DNA of 45,226 bases, from the sequence record SRR20825006_727. One strand, written 5' to 3'. This document shows positions 20,401-29,326 of this stretch, in pieces (positions within the stretch are counted from its first letter, which is position 1; each line of letters begins with the position of its first letter). The notes beneath the pieces were generated by a model. The model made no database searches. It was not told the origin of the DNA and saw only the letters and a program-made list of their open reading frames with translations. Made by a program: the position numbers and the translations under genes.

Positions 20401-21092
20401 ATCTTCAAGCATCTGAGAGTATAGTAAGCACCATTTCCAAGTTAATCCATCTTGACAATTGCACTGAATCTTACCTTGAGGAAATTATGAATCAAGTATC
20501 CTTGACAACTGAGGAGAAATCATACATCTGGTACACTTATTTCAAAAAGCAACACAATTTTGCGAGTGCGCAATCGTCGCTTTCTGAGTTAACGAGTCCA
20601 CAATACTTGGACCTTGTTACAATCGAAAATTTCTTACTTAAGAAATTGAGCGGAAATGCACTGAGCGCTGCGGATTTTGCTGTACTTGAAAACATGATCA
20701 ATAACGAAATGACAGCTGATGCTATCCGAAATGAAGCTGTTGGATTGTCTAAGACTGGAAGTACACATGATTACTACAGAATTAGTACACCAGCTATCAC
20801 GTATTCAGAGCAAGATCAAACAGCAAGAATTGACGAAGAAAGAACGATTCTAAAAATTTACCCAAATCCAGCATCCGATAATATTTCGGTTCAAATTCTG
20901 GAAGGGAAATTTGTTGAAAGTCAAGATTTAAAAATCTTCGACATGCGCGGAAATATCGTTCATGAATCACCATTAAACTTTGTTTCTGGAAGAACAGTGA
21001 TCAATGTTTCAAGCTTAGAGAGCGGGACATATTTCATCATGCTTCAAACGGATGGAAACTATTCAGAAAGAACACGATTTACTAAACTTTAA
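17484..21092 (+). CDS. Large T9SS-secreted protein: beta-propeller, Ig/PKD-like linker, right-handed parallel beta-helix, helical region, type A CTD
   Basis: Signal peptide; EGCASISDNSGNLLFYTDG and GALQLGPDGRIY propeller motifs; repeated IxxNxI beta-helix pattern; IYPNPA...LESGTYFI CTD. Confidence 0.85.
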   Translation: MKKILSAVTIMLLALTFHSHSQQGDVWTFGSGALIDFNGGGTILTGTSSISSYEGCASISDNSGNLLFYTDGITIWDQTHAVMATGLLGHWSAAQCGIIVPEPGVVPGTYTSRYYVFSVPQFGSAQARYTLVDMTLNGGLGGVSGVINNLMPDNLTANNTTEGITVARDCEGGFWVVTHETNNNRFKSYQIANSGISMPVISNVGPVVPITGGNVNSASCMKMSPLNNRLAFIVRQTSVNLLDFNPLNGVISNNTSVIASAGRAYYGVEFSPDGNILYYTDILTGLYAYNISTLGTSGNLAGFVPSATDLLGALQLGPDGRIYVGRDGDSNMGNLNQTSLGVISNPNSFPGATFNPSGLTLAATTGSKVGLPNIIPSFITPQPNIVGDNLICLGDSTTLTASGGSIYTWSPPTGLNTTTGATVIASPTSTQTYTVESSLNGCEFSSQFTVTVENCCTAANDPSFQTAPTFINADTYWTEKMYIPDGVIVTVDNAILDLTNVDLVFGECAGIDFVNGSILRANNSVFRPCNMDETWRGLRFDGFNDISHQINESTFKNAEIALLFIKNAQAEINSNTFSNCNEGITLNNSRFSESIFGNNFVSNNAYPQFTNCYQTTSPNDVIHIHGVGSPDDAGQAMAIVQNNFTMSNNFGFLQATGIDLLNSSASITENTMTNMEFGIVITDPRSSMTIEGNEIENNHNFNALNASIAQISLFGSKGVFVSINNNELRNSINNSYTSSAIYTEGSSNTHIQNNEIQGFNFGINMNQSTRANVSENIISSIGTIGIYLNEASNDINFITCNDITMIAGKGIGISTLQTSRLTQITSNCVKDGREGIRVNGVNPIPLIRNNYLYNYTTGINNIGHTGSIGTSVDPGMNTLWSNNNGALDVASSGASITIANNFGMFNCTWGTVSITANNPIHSTASCGHQIFNMPSQGSLNNSYTCDNMDLFMQPGIKMNANVELPEANYAIEYLQASESIVSTISKLIHLDNCTESYLEEIMNQVSLTTEEKSYIWYTYFKKQHNFASAQSSLSELTSPQYLDLVTIENFLLKKLSGNALSAADFAVLENMINNEMTADAIRNEAVGLSKTGSTHDYYRISTPAITYSEQDQTARIDEERTILKIYPNPASDNISVQILEGKFVESQDLKIFDMRGNIVHESPLNFVSGRTVINVSSLESGTYFIMLQTDGNYSERTRFTKL

Positions 21093-21108
21093 TCACTATT
21101 TAACCTCT

Positions 21109-21150
21109 AAAAATGAGGGATGCGATCAATTTCGCATTCCTCATTTTTTT
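21109..21150. terminator. Bidirectional intrinsic terminator between convergent genes
   Basis: aaaaatgagggatgcga-tcaatt-tcgcattcctcattttttt, a long stem flanked by A and T tracts. Confidence 0.85.
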
Positions 21151-21185
21151 GTTCCCATAATGAGTTTCTTGTATAACTACTTGCT

Positions 21186-21533
21186 TCAAGTAATTGACAT
21201 GTACGTTACCAAAGCAATGATTTCAAGAATAAAAAGAGCGAGACCGATATACGCGAATGTTCTGCCCTGTTTTATCATTTTTATAGAGCTGATTCTGTAA
21301 ATACTTTGATCTTCATTGTACTCCTTGATTGCAACTTTCGCCTGTTCAAGACTCATTTTGATCAGCACAAGCCCAATAATTGCGGCTGGTACAATACATA
21401 AGATCATTCCAAATAATCCTTTAAAAAAAATACTCGAATCATTCAAAATTCGATTTTTACCATTTACTGGAACAGTTATTTTTTCGTGCGATTCGTTAAA
21501 ATCGTTGTCAATTACCTCAATTCTATGTGACAT
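21186..21533 (-). CDS. Small two-TM membrane protein (DUF4190 / 'CCC motif'-like)
   Basis: Likely start ATG 21533 (MSHRIE), after the upstream stop. Two hydrophobic helices with a Y...Y...GRTFAYIGL pattern. Confidence 0.6.
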   Translation of the reverse strand: MSHRIEVIDNDFNESHEKITVPVNGKNRILNDSSIFFKGLFGMILCIVPAAIIGLVLIKMSLEQAKVAIKEYNEDQSIYRISSIKMIKQGRTFAYIGLALFILEIIALVTYMSIT

Positions 21534-21546
21534 ATTCTGAATGTTT

Positions 21547-23631
21547 CTATTGTTGCCCCCACTCTTTCCCTGTAATCGCTCTGTAACCTGCACGGCAATT
21601 CGCTTTATTTGGATCAATCGAAAGTGCTCTCGACCAAATTTCTAGTGCCGTTTGTTTATCTCCGAGCGTAAAACAAGCTCCTCCAAAATCTTCCAAATAC
21701 TGTACATTTCTCGGAGCGTACTGTACCGCTTTTTCCATGTTTTTACGTGATTCTTCGATCTCATTTTTCTGCGCGGCAACCAAACCTCTGTCGTAATACG
21801 CAAATGCCAATGTTTCATCGTATTTTTTCCAAAAACCTGGGTGATTTGCTCTACTGAAGATCGTTTCCGCAGTGTTCCATTCGGACTCGGCTTTCTCCAG
21901 ATCACCCCGCAGATACCACATATAGCCAAGATTCAAATGCGCACTATAAAACTTTGGATTCAATCTTAATGCGCGATTCAAATGTAACTCGGCCTTTTTT
22001 AAAAGTTCTTTTTGCGCGTTTCCTTGTGACTTTTCTTTCTCAGCCATTTCTAAATACGCTTTTCCAGCATTTCCATTCGCTAAAACACTTCTCGGCACTA
22101 CCTGAACATCCTGAATGAAAAGCGTTGCGTTGTTTTTCCAGTCAGCATTGCGGTCAATTGTTTTGAAGGAAGCCAAACCGACAAGAATGAGAAGTAAGGG
22201 CAAAAAGACCCGTTTCTGTTGACTCAAACTTCCTCGTTTTTTAAGAAATTTGATCAGTAAATAGGCCAACAGAATACAAAAACCGAAGGAAGAATGAAAC
22301 ACAAGACGTTCTCCCATTGTGGCGCCAATATCAAATACAAAGTTCGACACTAAAAACAAAGGTCCGAGATAAAATGCCAGCGCAAAAGCGAGGACATGTT
22401 TTTGGATGAATAATTTGATCATCAAAGCGATTAATCCCAAATGGAACACGAGTGAAGCCCAAAAATCCCACGAACCCAAATTGCGATATTCAATTGTTTT
22501 GAAGGAATAATCCGACGAAAGTGGGTGCGGAAAAAGGTTTAGTACGAAGTATTTCAGAAGAATGGCGGTCTGAGTTGTGAATTTCTCGATTCCAGTAGCA
22601 TACAAATACGGATCGTTCAGCACGTCGACTTGATTTTCTGCACCTCCAAAACCAACGCTATTTACACGAATCAACAGGTAAAGTGCAGCCACAGAAAAGA
22701 GTGGAATACTTGCTTTCAGCGCAAAGGAAATTTTTTCTTTCTTGAAAACCACAAACGCAATGGGTAAGAGTGCCAATAACACAATTCCCCATTCTTTACT
22801 TAACAATGCAAGGAAATAGAATGTACACATAGCAAACAGCGTTTTTGTTTTCTTGTTGTCGCGCCATTTGAACGCATACACAAACGTGAGACCTATGAAC
22901 AAGAGGGACAAAATTTCGTCACGGCTTTTTACGTTTGCCACGACTTCAGTATGGATGGGATGAATCGCAAAAATCAACAAGGTAAGAAATGCTACGTCTT
23001 TGAATTGAGGAAGCATGACAAAATGCAGCAAATAGAACAAAATGCCAATCGTGAACAGATACAGGAGCATATTTACGAAATGGCGTCCGTGATATACTGC
23101 TGCATATCCATCTAATTGACTCACGTTGATCCGTTTCAAGGTTTTTACACCACCGCTTTGGCTCACTAAAATTTCCTTTTCATCAAAAATACTGCGCTCA
23201 ATGGTTCCCGAATAATCAATCCCATTTTCAGAAAAGGTGACTTCTGAACCTTCTCTAAAACCAAAAAGCGACTCTTCAATCGCAAAAGTGACAATAGAAA
23301 GAGGTCGATAACGTCCGCCTGACAGCTGATCCTCTGCCTGCATGGACTCATAATAACTGCTATATGCGTCATTGGAAAGAATGTCTCCAATTCCCTTAGT
23401 TCCATTTTGGACGTATTGATTTTTATTCAACACAATTTCATCATCCAACGCACTTTCATTCATAATTGTGTTGGCGAAAAGAATAAAAGTGAATGCCAAT
23501 AGTGTAATCAAGCGTTGACGAAATGTTGGCAGGAAATCAAAAATTCCGGTCTCCCGAAGCAATTCAGGAGTAGTTCCTGATTTAGTTACCTTTTTTACTT
23601 TTTGATTTGTTTTTTCTTTCAGCTTTGACAT
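21547..23631 (-). CDS. TMTC-like GT-C glycosyltransferase (DUF1736-type) with C-terminal TPRs
   Basis: ALDD acidic loop, YRPLS, HPIHTEVVANV, LALLSKE, PHPLSSDYS and GERL motifs; multiple TM helices; TPRs. Start 23631 is preferred because the promoter element lies at 23667-23674. Confidence 0.8.
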   Translation of the reverse strand: MSKLKEKTNQKVKKVTKSGTTPELLRETGIFDFLPTFRQRLITLLAFTFILFANTIMNESALDDEIVLNKNQYVQNGTKGIGDILSNDAYSSYYESMQAEDQLSGGRYRPLSIVTFAIEESLFGFREGSEVTFSENGIDYSGTIERSIFDEKEILVSQSGGVKTLKRINVSQLDGYAAVYHGRHFVNMLLYLFTIGILFYLLHFVMLPQFKDVAFLTLLIFAIHPIHTEVVANVKSRDEILSLLFIGLTFVYAFKWRDNKKTKTLFAMCTFYFLALLSKEWGIVLLALLPIAFVVFKKEKISFALKASIPLFSVAALYLLIRVNSVGFGGAENQVDVLNDPYLYATGIEKFTTQTAILLKYFVLNLFPHPLSSDYSFKTIEYRNLGSWDFWASLVFHLGLIALMIKLFIQKHVLAFALAFYLGPLFLVSNFVFDIGATMGERLVFHSSFGFCILLAYLLIKFLKKRGSLSQQKRVFLPLLLILVGLASFKTIDRNADWKNNATLFIQDVQVVPRSVLANGNAGKAYLEMAEKEKSQGNAQKELLKKAELHLNRALRLNPKFYSAHLNLGYMWYLRGDLEKAESEWNTAETIFSRANHPGFWKKYDETLAFAYYDRGLVAAQKNEIEESRKNMEKAVQYAPRNVQYLEDFGGACFTLGDKQTALEIWSRALSIDPNKANCRAGYRAITGKEWGQQ

Positions 23632-23666
23632 ACAAATGGTTTCAAGGATCCCAAAATGGAACAGAA

Positions 23667-23674
23667 CAAATATA
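23667..23674 (-). promoter_or_regulatory. -7 promoter element for the TMTC-like gene
   Basis: TATATTTG on the minus strand. Confidence 0.5.
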
Positions 23675-23863
23675 TACATTCCATCAAATGACTTTTGCTA
23701 AATGAGCGTAAATTCTGGGTTTCCATTTCTCTAGGTAGAAGAACCCATTTTCTCAAGTTCAATTCTTCTCATTCCGAATCCACCGTCCTTTTACCATCCA
23801 ACACAATTCACTTGAAAAGCCGTCCTAAAATCCTTATCTTAGGCTTTCTAAAAATAAGATTCT

Positions 23864-25894
23864 ATGAAATTTAAATACCTCATTCCATCACTGCTCATCG
23901 CTGGACTTGTAGTTAGTTGTGGTTCTGAAAATAAAGGAGAAGAAGAAACTGAAGTTGTAAGTTCAAATGAATTAGTGGGTGGTGAAGAAGTTGATCGTTT
24001 TGCTGACGTTCAAGTTATTCGCTACGACATTGTAGATTTTGATAAATTGAGCCTCGATCAGAAAAAACTGGTTTACTACATGGCTCAGGCTGGACTTGAA
24101 GGACGAGACATCATCTACGATCAAAATAATCCGTTCAATCTAGAAATTAGAAAAGGAATTGAGACGATTATAGAAAAGTACAAAGGAAAAACGGATACTG
24201 AAGATTGGAAAAAATTCATGACCTACGCGAAGCAAATGTGGTTCGCGAATGGGATTCATCATCATTACGGAATGGACAAATTCACTCCAAAATTTTCAAA
24301 GGAAACATTGAAGAAGTATGCATCTGAAAGTGGCGCGAAGTTTTCTCCTGAAGCATTGGAAGTAATTTTCAATCCAGAAGTAGCTAAAAAACGCAAGGTG
24401 AAAAACCCAGATGTTGACATGATTGTTGCTTCCGCAAATGGATTTTATGGAGAAGGAGTTACACTGAAAGCAGTCGACGATTTCTATACTAATATGATTG
24501 ACACCACGGACGAACATCCTATTGAATATGGTTTGAACTCCACAATGATTCTGAAAAACGGAAATCTCTACGAAGACGTTTGGAAAATTGACGGGAAATA
24601 CGGAAAAGCGATTAAACGCATTGTTTTTTGGCTAGAAAAAGCCGTTGGTGTTGCAGAAAACGCTGACCAAAAAGCAGCTTTGAAAAAATTGATCGAGTAT
24701 TACAAAACAGGAGATTTAAGAGTTTGGGATGAATACAACATTCTTTGGGCGAAATCTACAAAAGGTGACATCGATTGGATCAATGGATTTATTGAAACGT
24801 ATGGTGATGCAATCGGAAAACGCGCGTCGTTCGAAAGCATTGTTCAAATTACCGACTTCGAAGCATCGAAGCAAATGAGTACTGTTGCAACAAACGCGCA
24901 ATGGTTTGAAGATAATTCACCGCTTTTACCTGAGCACAAAAAGAAATCAGTTAAAGGTGTAAGCTATAAAGTGGTACAAGTAGCAAGTGAATCAGGGGAT
25001 GCTTCTCCATCGACTCCGATTGGTGTTAACTTGCCGAACAACAACTGGATTCGACAAGAACACGGTTCAAAATCTGTAAGTCTTGGAAATATTATTTCAG
25101 CATACGACAAGGCAGGCGGACCAGGAATCACTTCTGAATTCGCTCACGATAAAGAAGAAATCGAATTGGCAGAAAAGCACGCTTATCTTGCTGGAAAACT
25201 GCATACAGCGCTGCATGAAGTAGTTGGACATGCTTCTGGTCAGATTAACAAAGGAATTGGTCAACCATCAGAAACGTTGAAAAACTATGCGAGCACGTTG
25301 GAAGAAGCTAGAGCCGATTTGGTCGGATTGTACTACATTATGGATCCAAAAATGATCGAATTGGGCTTGATTGAAACGTTGGACGTTGGAAAGGCAGAAT
25401 ATGATGGCTACATCCGAAATGGAATGTTGACGCAACTTCAACGTTTAGAATTAGGAAAAGACGTAGAAGAAGAGCACATGCAAAACCGTCAATTGGTTGC
25501 TGCTTGGGTAATTGAAAAAGGCGCAAAAGACAACGTCATAGAGCGCGTAAAAAGAGACGGAAAAACATATTTCAACATCAATGATTATGCGAAGTTGAGA
25601 GTTCTTTTTGGTGATTTATTGAGAGAAATTCAACGCATTAAATCTGAAGGCGACTATAAAGCAGGAAAAGCACTTGTAGAGACCTACGGAGTTAAGGTTG
25701 ATCAAGCGTTGCACAAAGAAGTGTTGGAGCGCGTAAAACCTTTGAATTTGGCGCCATATCGTGGTTTCGTGAATCCAGTATTGGTTCCTGTAACTGACAA
25801 GAACGGAGAAATCATCGATATCAAAATTGAGAACACACAAACATTCGTAGAGCAAATGCTGTACTACGGAAAAACGTATGGAAATTTAGATTAA
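23864..25894 (+). CDS. Dipeptidyl-peptidase III (peptidase M49), lipoprotein
   Basis: HEVVGH hexapeptide zinc motif, EEARAD second motif, IGVNLPN; lipobox VVSC. Confidence 0.92.
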   Translation: MKFKYLIPSLLIAGLVVSCGSENKGEEETEVVSSNELVGGEEVDRFADVQVIRYDIVDFDKLSLDQKKLVYYMAQAGLEGRDIIYDQNNPFNLEIRKGIETIIEKYKGKTDTEDWKKFMTYAKQMWFANGIHHHYGMDKFTPKFSKETLKKYASESGAKFSPEALEVIFNPEVAKKRKVKNPDVDMIVASANGFYGEGVTLKAVDDFYTNMIDTTDEHPIEYGLNSTMILKNGNLYEDVWKIDGKYGKAIKRIVFWLEKAVGVAENADQKAALKKLIEYYKTGDLRVWDEYNILWAKSTKGDIDWINGFIETYGDAIGKRASFESIVQITDFEASKQMSTVATNAQWFEDNSPLLPEHKKKSVKGVSYKVVQVASESGDASPSTPIGVNLPNNNWIRQEHGSKSVSLGNIISAYDKAGGPGITSEFAHDKEEIELAEKHAYLAGKLHTALHEVVGHASGQINKGIGQPSETLKNYASTLEEARADLVGLYYIMDPKMIELGLIETLDVGKAEYDGYIRNGMLTQLQRLELGKDVEEEHMQNRQLVAAWVIEKGAKDNVIERVKRDGKTYFNINDYAKLRVLFGDLLREIQRIKSEGDYKAGKALVETYGVKVDQALHKEVLERVKPLNLAPYRGFVNPVLVPVTDKNGEIIDIKIENTQTFVEQMLYYGKTYGNLD

Positions 25895-25916
25895 TCAATT
25901 TCCGCATAAGAATTGT

Positions 25917-25945
25917 AGGGGATTTGTTCGCAAGTCCCCTTTGTT
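25917..25945 (+). terminator. Probable intrinsic terminator after the M49 peptidase
   Basis: aggggatttg-ttcg-caagtcccct followed by ttgtt. Confidence 0.65.
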
Positions 25946-25972
25946 ATACATATAAATACACAATCAACTTAG

Positions 25973-26746
25973 ATGAAAACAAAAAAAGAAATTGTAGAGA
26001 ACTGGCTCCCACGCTACACGGGAGAAAAATTAGAGAATTTTGGGCAGTACATTTTACTGTGCAACTTTCACAATTACGTGGATAAATTTGCAGAAATGCA
26101 TGGCGTAGAAGTTATTGGAAAAGACAAGCCGATGCAATGTGCAACTTCCGAAGGAATTACAATTATCAACTTTGGAATGGGAAGTGCTTCGGCAGCAACG
26201 TGCATGGATTTACTCTCCTCTATTCAACCGAAGGCGGCTCTCTTTTTAGGGAAATGTGGTGGTTTGAAACGAAAAAACGAAGTCGGTGATTTAATTCTTC
26301 CTATCGCGGCAATTCGCGGAGAAGGAACAAGTAATGATTACTTCCCACCTGAGGTTCCTGCGCTCCCGTCTTTTGCATTGCAGAAAGCGATTTCGACGAC
26401 CATTCGCGATTTCGAAAAGGATTATTGGACGGGGACGTGTTATACGACAAACCGCCGAGTTTGGGAACATGATGAAGAATTTAAACTTTATTTAGGTAAA
26501 ATTAGAGCAATGGCGATCGATATGGAAACTGCGACTATTTTCTCCGTTGGATTTGCTAATAAAATTCCAACCGGAGCTTTGTTGCTCGTTTCGGATCAGC
26601 CAATGGTTGCCGAAGGAGTGAAAACAAGCGCGAGTGATTCAAAAGTGACCGCGAATTATGTGGACGACCATTTATCCATAGGAATTAATTCCCTTAAACA
26701 ATTGATCAACAACGGACACACCGTGAAGCATTTGAGATTTGGATAA
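25973..26746 (+). CDS. amn: AMP nucleosidase (short Bacteroidota type)
   Basis: NWLPRYTG, NFGMGS, FLGKCGGL, AIRGEGTS and AIDMETAT (PNP/UDP phosphorylase fold). Confidence 0.9.
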   Translation: MKTKKEIVENWLPRYTGEKLENFGQYILLCNFHNYVDKFAEMHGVEVIGKDKPMQCATSEGITIINFGMGSASAATCMDLLSSIQPKAALFLGKCGGLKRKNEVGDLILPIAAIRGEGTSNDYFPPEVPALPSFALQKAISTTIRDFEKDYWTGTCYTTNRRVWEHDEEFKLYLGKIRAMAIDMETATIFSVGFANKIPTGALLLVSDQPMVAEGVKTSASDSKVTANYVDDHLSIGINSLKQLINNGHTVKHLRFG

Positions 26747-26748
26747 TC

Positions 26749-27153
26749 TTATTCAACTCGGTAGGTGATCTCAACAGCATCATTAAGCGTTGCTGAAACA
26801 GAACAGTATTTTTCGAGAACCAATTCAATGATTCCGCTTACTTGGCTGCGATCAATCTCTGGAGGCAGATCAAATACGAGACAAATTGACTGAAATGGAG
26901 AGGGCGTGGAAGCCACTCTCTCCGCTTCGATCAGAATCGATATATTCTCAACGTGAATTCGTTTTTTACTTAGAATATTGATCACATCGATTGCGGCGCA
27001 TCCTGCCAAAGATCCTGCGAGCAATTCCATTGGACGAAATCCTTTGTTCTTACCACCAATTGTCTCACTTGCGTCGATGAAGCAACGAGAACCACCTTCA
27101 TTAGTGAGTTCAAAAACAAATGGTGTTTCAATTCGATCTAGTTTCAACTTCAT
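26749..27153 (-). CDS. OsmC/YhfA-family protein
   Basis: GFRPMELLAGSLAGCAAIDV and EKYCSVS two-Cys motifs. Start ATG 27153 overlaps the upstream stop (ATGA). Confidence 0.85.
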   Translation of the reverse strand: MKLKLDRIETPFVFELTNEGGSRCFIDASETIGGKNKGFRPMELLAGSLAGCAAIDVINILSKKRIHVENISILIEAERVASTPSPFQSICLVFDLPPEIDRSQVSGIIELVLEKYCSVSATLNDAVEITYRVE

Positions 27154-27566
27154 CTTGTTATTTTTTGTGATGCAATTCCAAAAAGTAATGCTCCAGAAAG
27201 AGCTCCAAACAGTCCAAATAATCCAATTTCCCATTCAAGACCAACCAAAACAAACAGCGGTCCACTGCATGCTCCAGAAATCGCCCATCCAACCCCGAAG
27301 ATGATTCCGCCTAATACATTTGACGTCCAATTTAGTTGTTTTCTCTCCGTTTTGATCTCCTTTCCGAAAACTGATTTCATCTTTCCCTTTTTTAACAGCC
27401 AAATGCTCACCATTGCCGTAAAAATGGCGGAAAACAACAATCCAAACATGTGAAAGGACTCAAAATGAAACATTTCTTGAATTCTAAACCAAGAAAATGC
27501 TTCACTTAAGATCAGAATCAATCCAAAATAGATTCCCAATAGCAAGCTAATAATAAATCGCAGCAT
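27150..27566 (-). CDS. YeeE/YedE-family sulfur-compound transporter half (DUF6691-like)
   Basis: WFRIQEMFHFESFHMFG and GGIIFGVGWAISGACSGP. Confidence 0.85.
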   Translation of the reverse strand: MLRFIISLLLGIYFGLILILSEAFSWFRIQEMFHFESFHMFGLLFSAIFTAMVSIWLLKKGKMKSVFGKEIKTERKQLNWTSNVLGGIIFGVGWAISGACSGPLFVLVGLEWEIGLFGLFGALSGALLFGIASQKITR

Positions 27567-27569
27567 TCT

Positions 27570-28067
27570 TTAAAAAATTAATGTGATGAGAAAATTTGAC
27601 GTAATCCATCCTCCGACAAAGAATGAAACTGTAGCTACAATTGAGCTTATAGCGAATTGAGAAACACCCATTATGCAATGTCCCGCTGTACATCCATTTG
27701 CATAGCGCGCACCGAATCCAACTAAAACGCCACCCAAGAAAAACTGTCCAGCGTTCTTAAATTCATATACGGTTGTTGAAATAAACTTCCATCCTTCGCT
27801 ACTCTCAGGACTAACAACTGCGGGTTTCCAAAAAGGAAAAAACCAAGAGACGAGGAAACCTGCTGCGATCAACCCAATACAAAAATGAAGCTGCCAACTG
27901 TCTTTAACGCGGTCATAGTTGAAATAAGGAACTTTTTTGAATGGTCCACTCAATAAGTAGCGATAAGAAGAGGAGATTCCAAACTGTTTTTCTCTCAAAA
28001 TCAATAAAAGCGGGACGATCAAACCGATAAGTGGCCCAGCAAAATACCAAGGAATTATAGGGTTCAT
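27570..28067 (-). CDS. YeeE/YedE-family sulfur-compound transporter half
   Basis: PWYFAGPLIG, FGISSS and GGVLVGFGARYANGCTAGHCIMG. Confidence 0.88.
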   Translation of the reverse strand: MNPIIPWYFAGPLIGLIVPLLLILREKQFGISSSYRYLLSGPFKKVPYFNYDRVKDSWQLHFCIGLIAAGFLVSWFFPFWKPAVVSPESSEGWKFISTTVYEFKNAGQFFLGGVLVGFGARYANGCTAGHCIMGVSQFAISSIVATVSFFVGGWITSNFLITLIF

Positions 28068-29314
28068 GACACACTTGTTTGAAGAAATGAGTAATCGCTT
28101 TCAACCAACGCGTTTGATGGGTCAACTCGGATAAAATCATCTGGTAAAAGTACAATTGACACTTCTGGACGATCATTGAAATCGATTTGCTTCAATTCAT
28201 TAAATCTCACCCAACCCGTGCGATAACTGTATGACTCACTGATAAATGTTCCATCCACTTTCTGGAAATCAAGAATCGATAAATTATCCAACTCTGGAGA
28301 ACCCAAATAAATACGCACAAGGACATCGTCAGTTAAAGTCAATTCCTGGTCTCCATCCGACTTTTTATACTCATACAAATAATCAAATTTTAGCGCCGAA
28401 ATATCCGATAAAACGGCACTCGCGGTTGGATAACTTCCAGCTCCTTTACCTAAAAACAGTTGCTTGTCGGCAAACAATCCTTCTATAATCACCGCGTTGA
28501 ATTCATTGTTCACATCAAACGCAAAATGTGTGGACTCCACAAAAAATGGAGCTACGAACGCCACCACTTTATCATCCAGTTTTACAGCCTTCGCGAGTAA
28601 CTTTATTCGATATCCTTTTTCCTGTGCAAAATCAATGGCATTTTGAGAAATCGTTCGTATTCCGCAATTAAAAATGGCATCAGGCTCCACTGCCAAGCCA
28701 AACGCATGCTTGAGTAAAATCGTTAACTTGAATTTTGCATCGAATCCGTCCACATCTAAGGTTGGATCTAATTCCGCAAACCCGAGTTCCTGAGCTTTTT
28801 GGAGTGCTTCATCGTAACTCACACCAAAATTGGACTGCGTGAGAATGTAATTGGTAGTTCCGTTTACAATTCCTTCTACAGACGTGAGTGAATCGTTGTT
28901 GTAATATTCCTCCAGATTTCTCAAAATTGGTATTGCTCCAGCAACTGCACCTTCGTACAACAATGAAGCTCCCGTTTTCTGAGCCACCTCAAGAAGTTCG
29001 GGTAAACGCTCTGCGATCAGTTTTTTGTTCGCCGAAACGACATCTTTCCCAAGTTCAAGCGCTCGTTTTACAATCGCAAAGGCTTCATTTGAATCATTGA
29101 TTAATTCAACAACCACGTTTATTTCCTCGTCATTCAAAATCTCATTTACATCAAAGGAAAAATGATCCAATGAAAGCGAGCGTTTTTTATTTTGATCCTT
29201 CACTACAATTCTTTTTATCGTAGCGTCGATTAATTTTGACTGATGCAATACTTCATAAAGTCCAGACCCTACGCAGCCAAATCCAATCAATCCTATTTTT
29301 AATTTTCTGTTCAT
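28064..29314 (-). CDS. hom: Homoserine dehydrogenase
   Basis: GLIGFGCVGSG Rossmann motif, VVSANK, GIVNGTTNYIL, AELDPTLDVDGFD and GKGAGSYPTASAV. Confidence 0.93.
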   Translation of the reverse strand: MNRKLKIGLIGFGCVGSGLYEVLHQSKLIDATIKRIVVKDQNKKRSLSLDHFSFDVNEILNDEEINVVVELINDSNEAFAIVKRALELGKDVVSANKKLIAERLPELLEVAQKTGASLLYEGAVAGAIPILRNLEEYYNNDSLTSVEGIVNGTTNYILTQSNFGVSYDEALQKAQELGFAELDPTLDVDGFDAKFKLTILLKHAFGLAVEPDAIFNCGIRTISQNAIDFAQEKGYRIKLLAKAVKLDDKVVAFVAPFFVESTHFAFDVNNEFNAVIIEGLFADKQLFLGKGAGSYPTASAVLSDISALKFDYLYEYKKSDGDQELTLTDDVLVRIYLGSPELDNLSILDFQKVDGTFISESYSYRTGWVRFNELKQIDFNDRPEVSIVLLPDDFIRVDPSNALVESDYSFLQTSVS

Positions 29315-29326
29315 CTTTTTAATTTA

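Noticed and set aside
23716-23748. Imperfect hairpin in the divergent TMTC / M49 intergenic region as an ncRNA
   Set aside because: Short interrupted stem with no recognisable family motif and no second copy.
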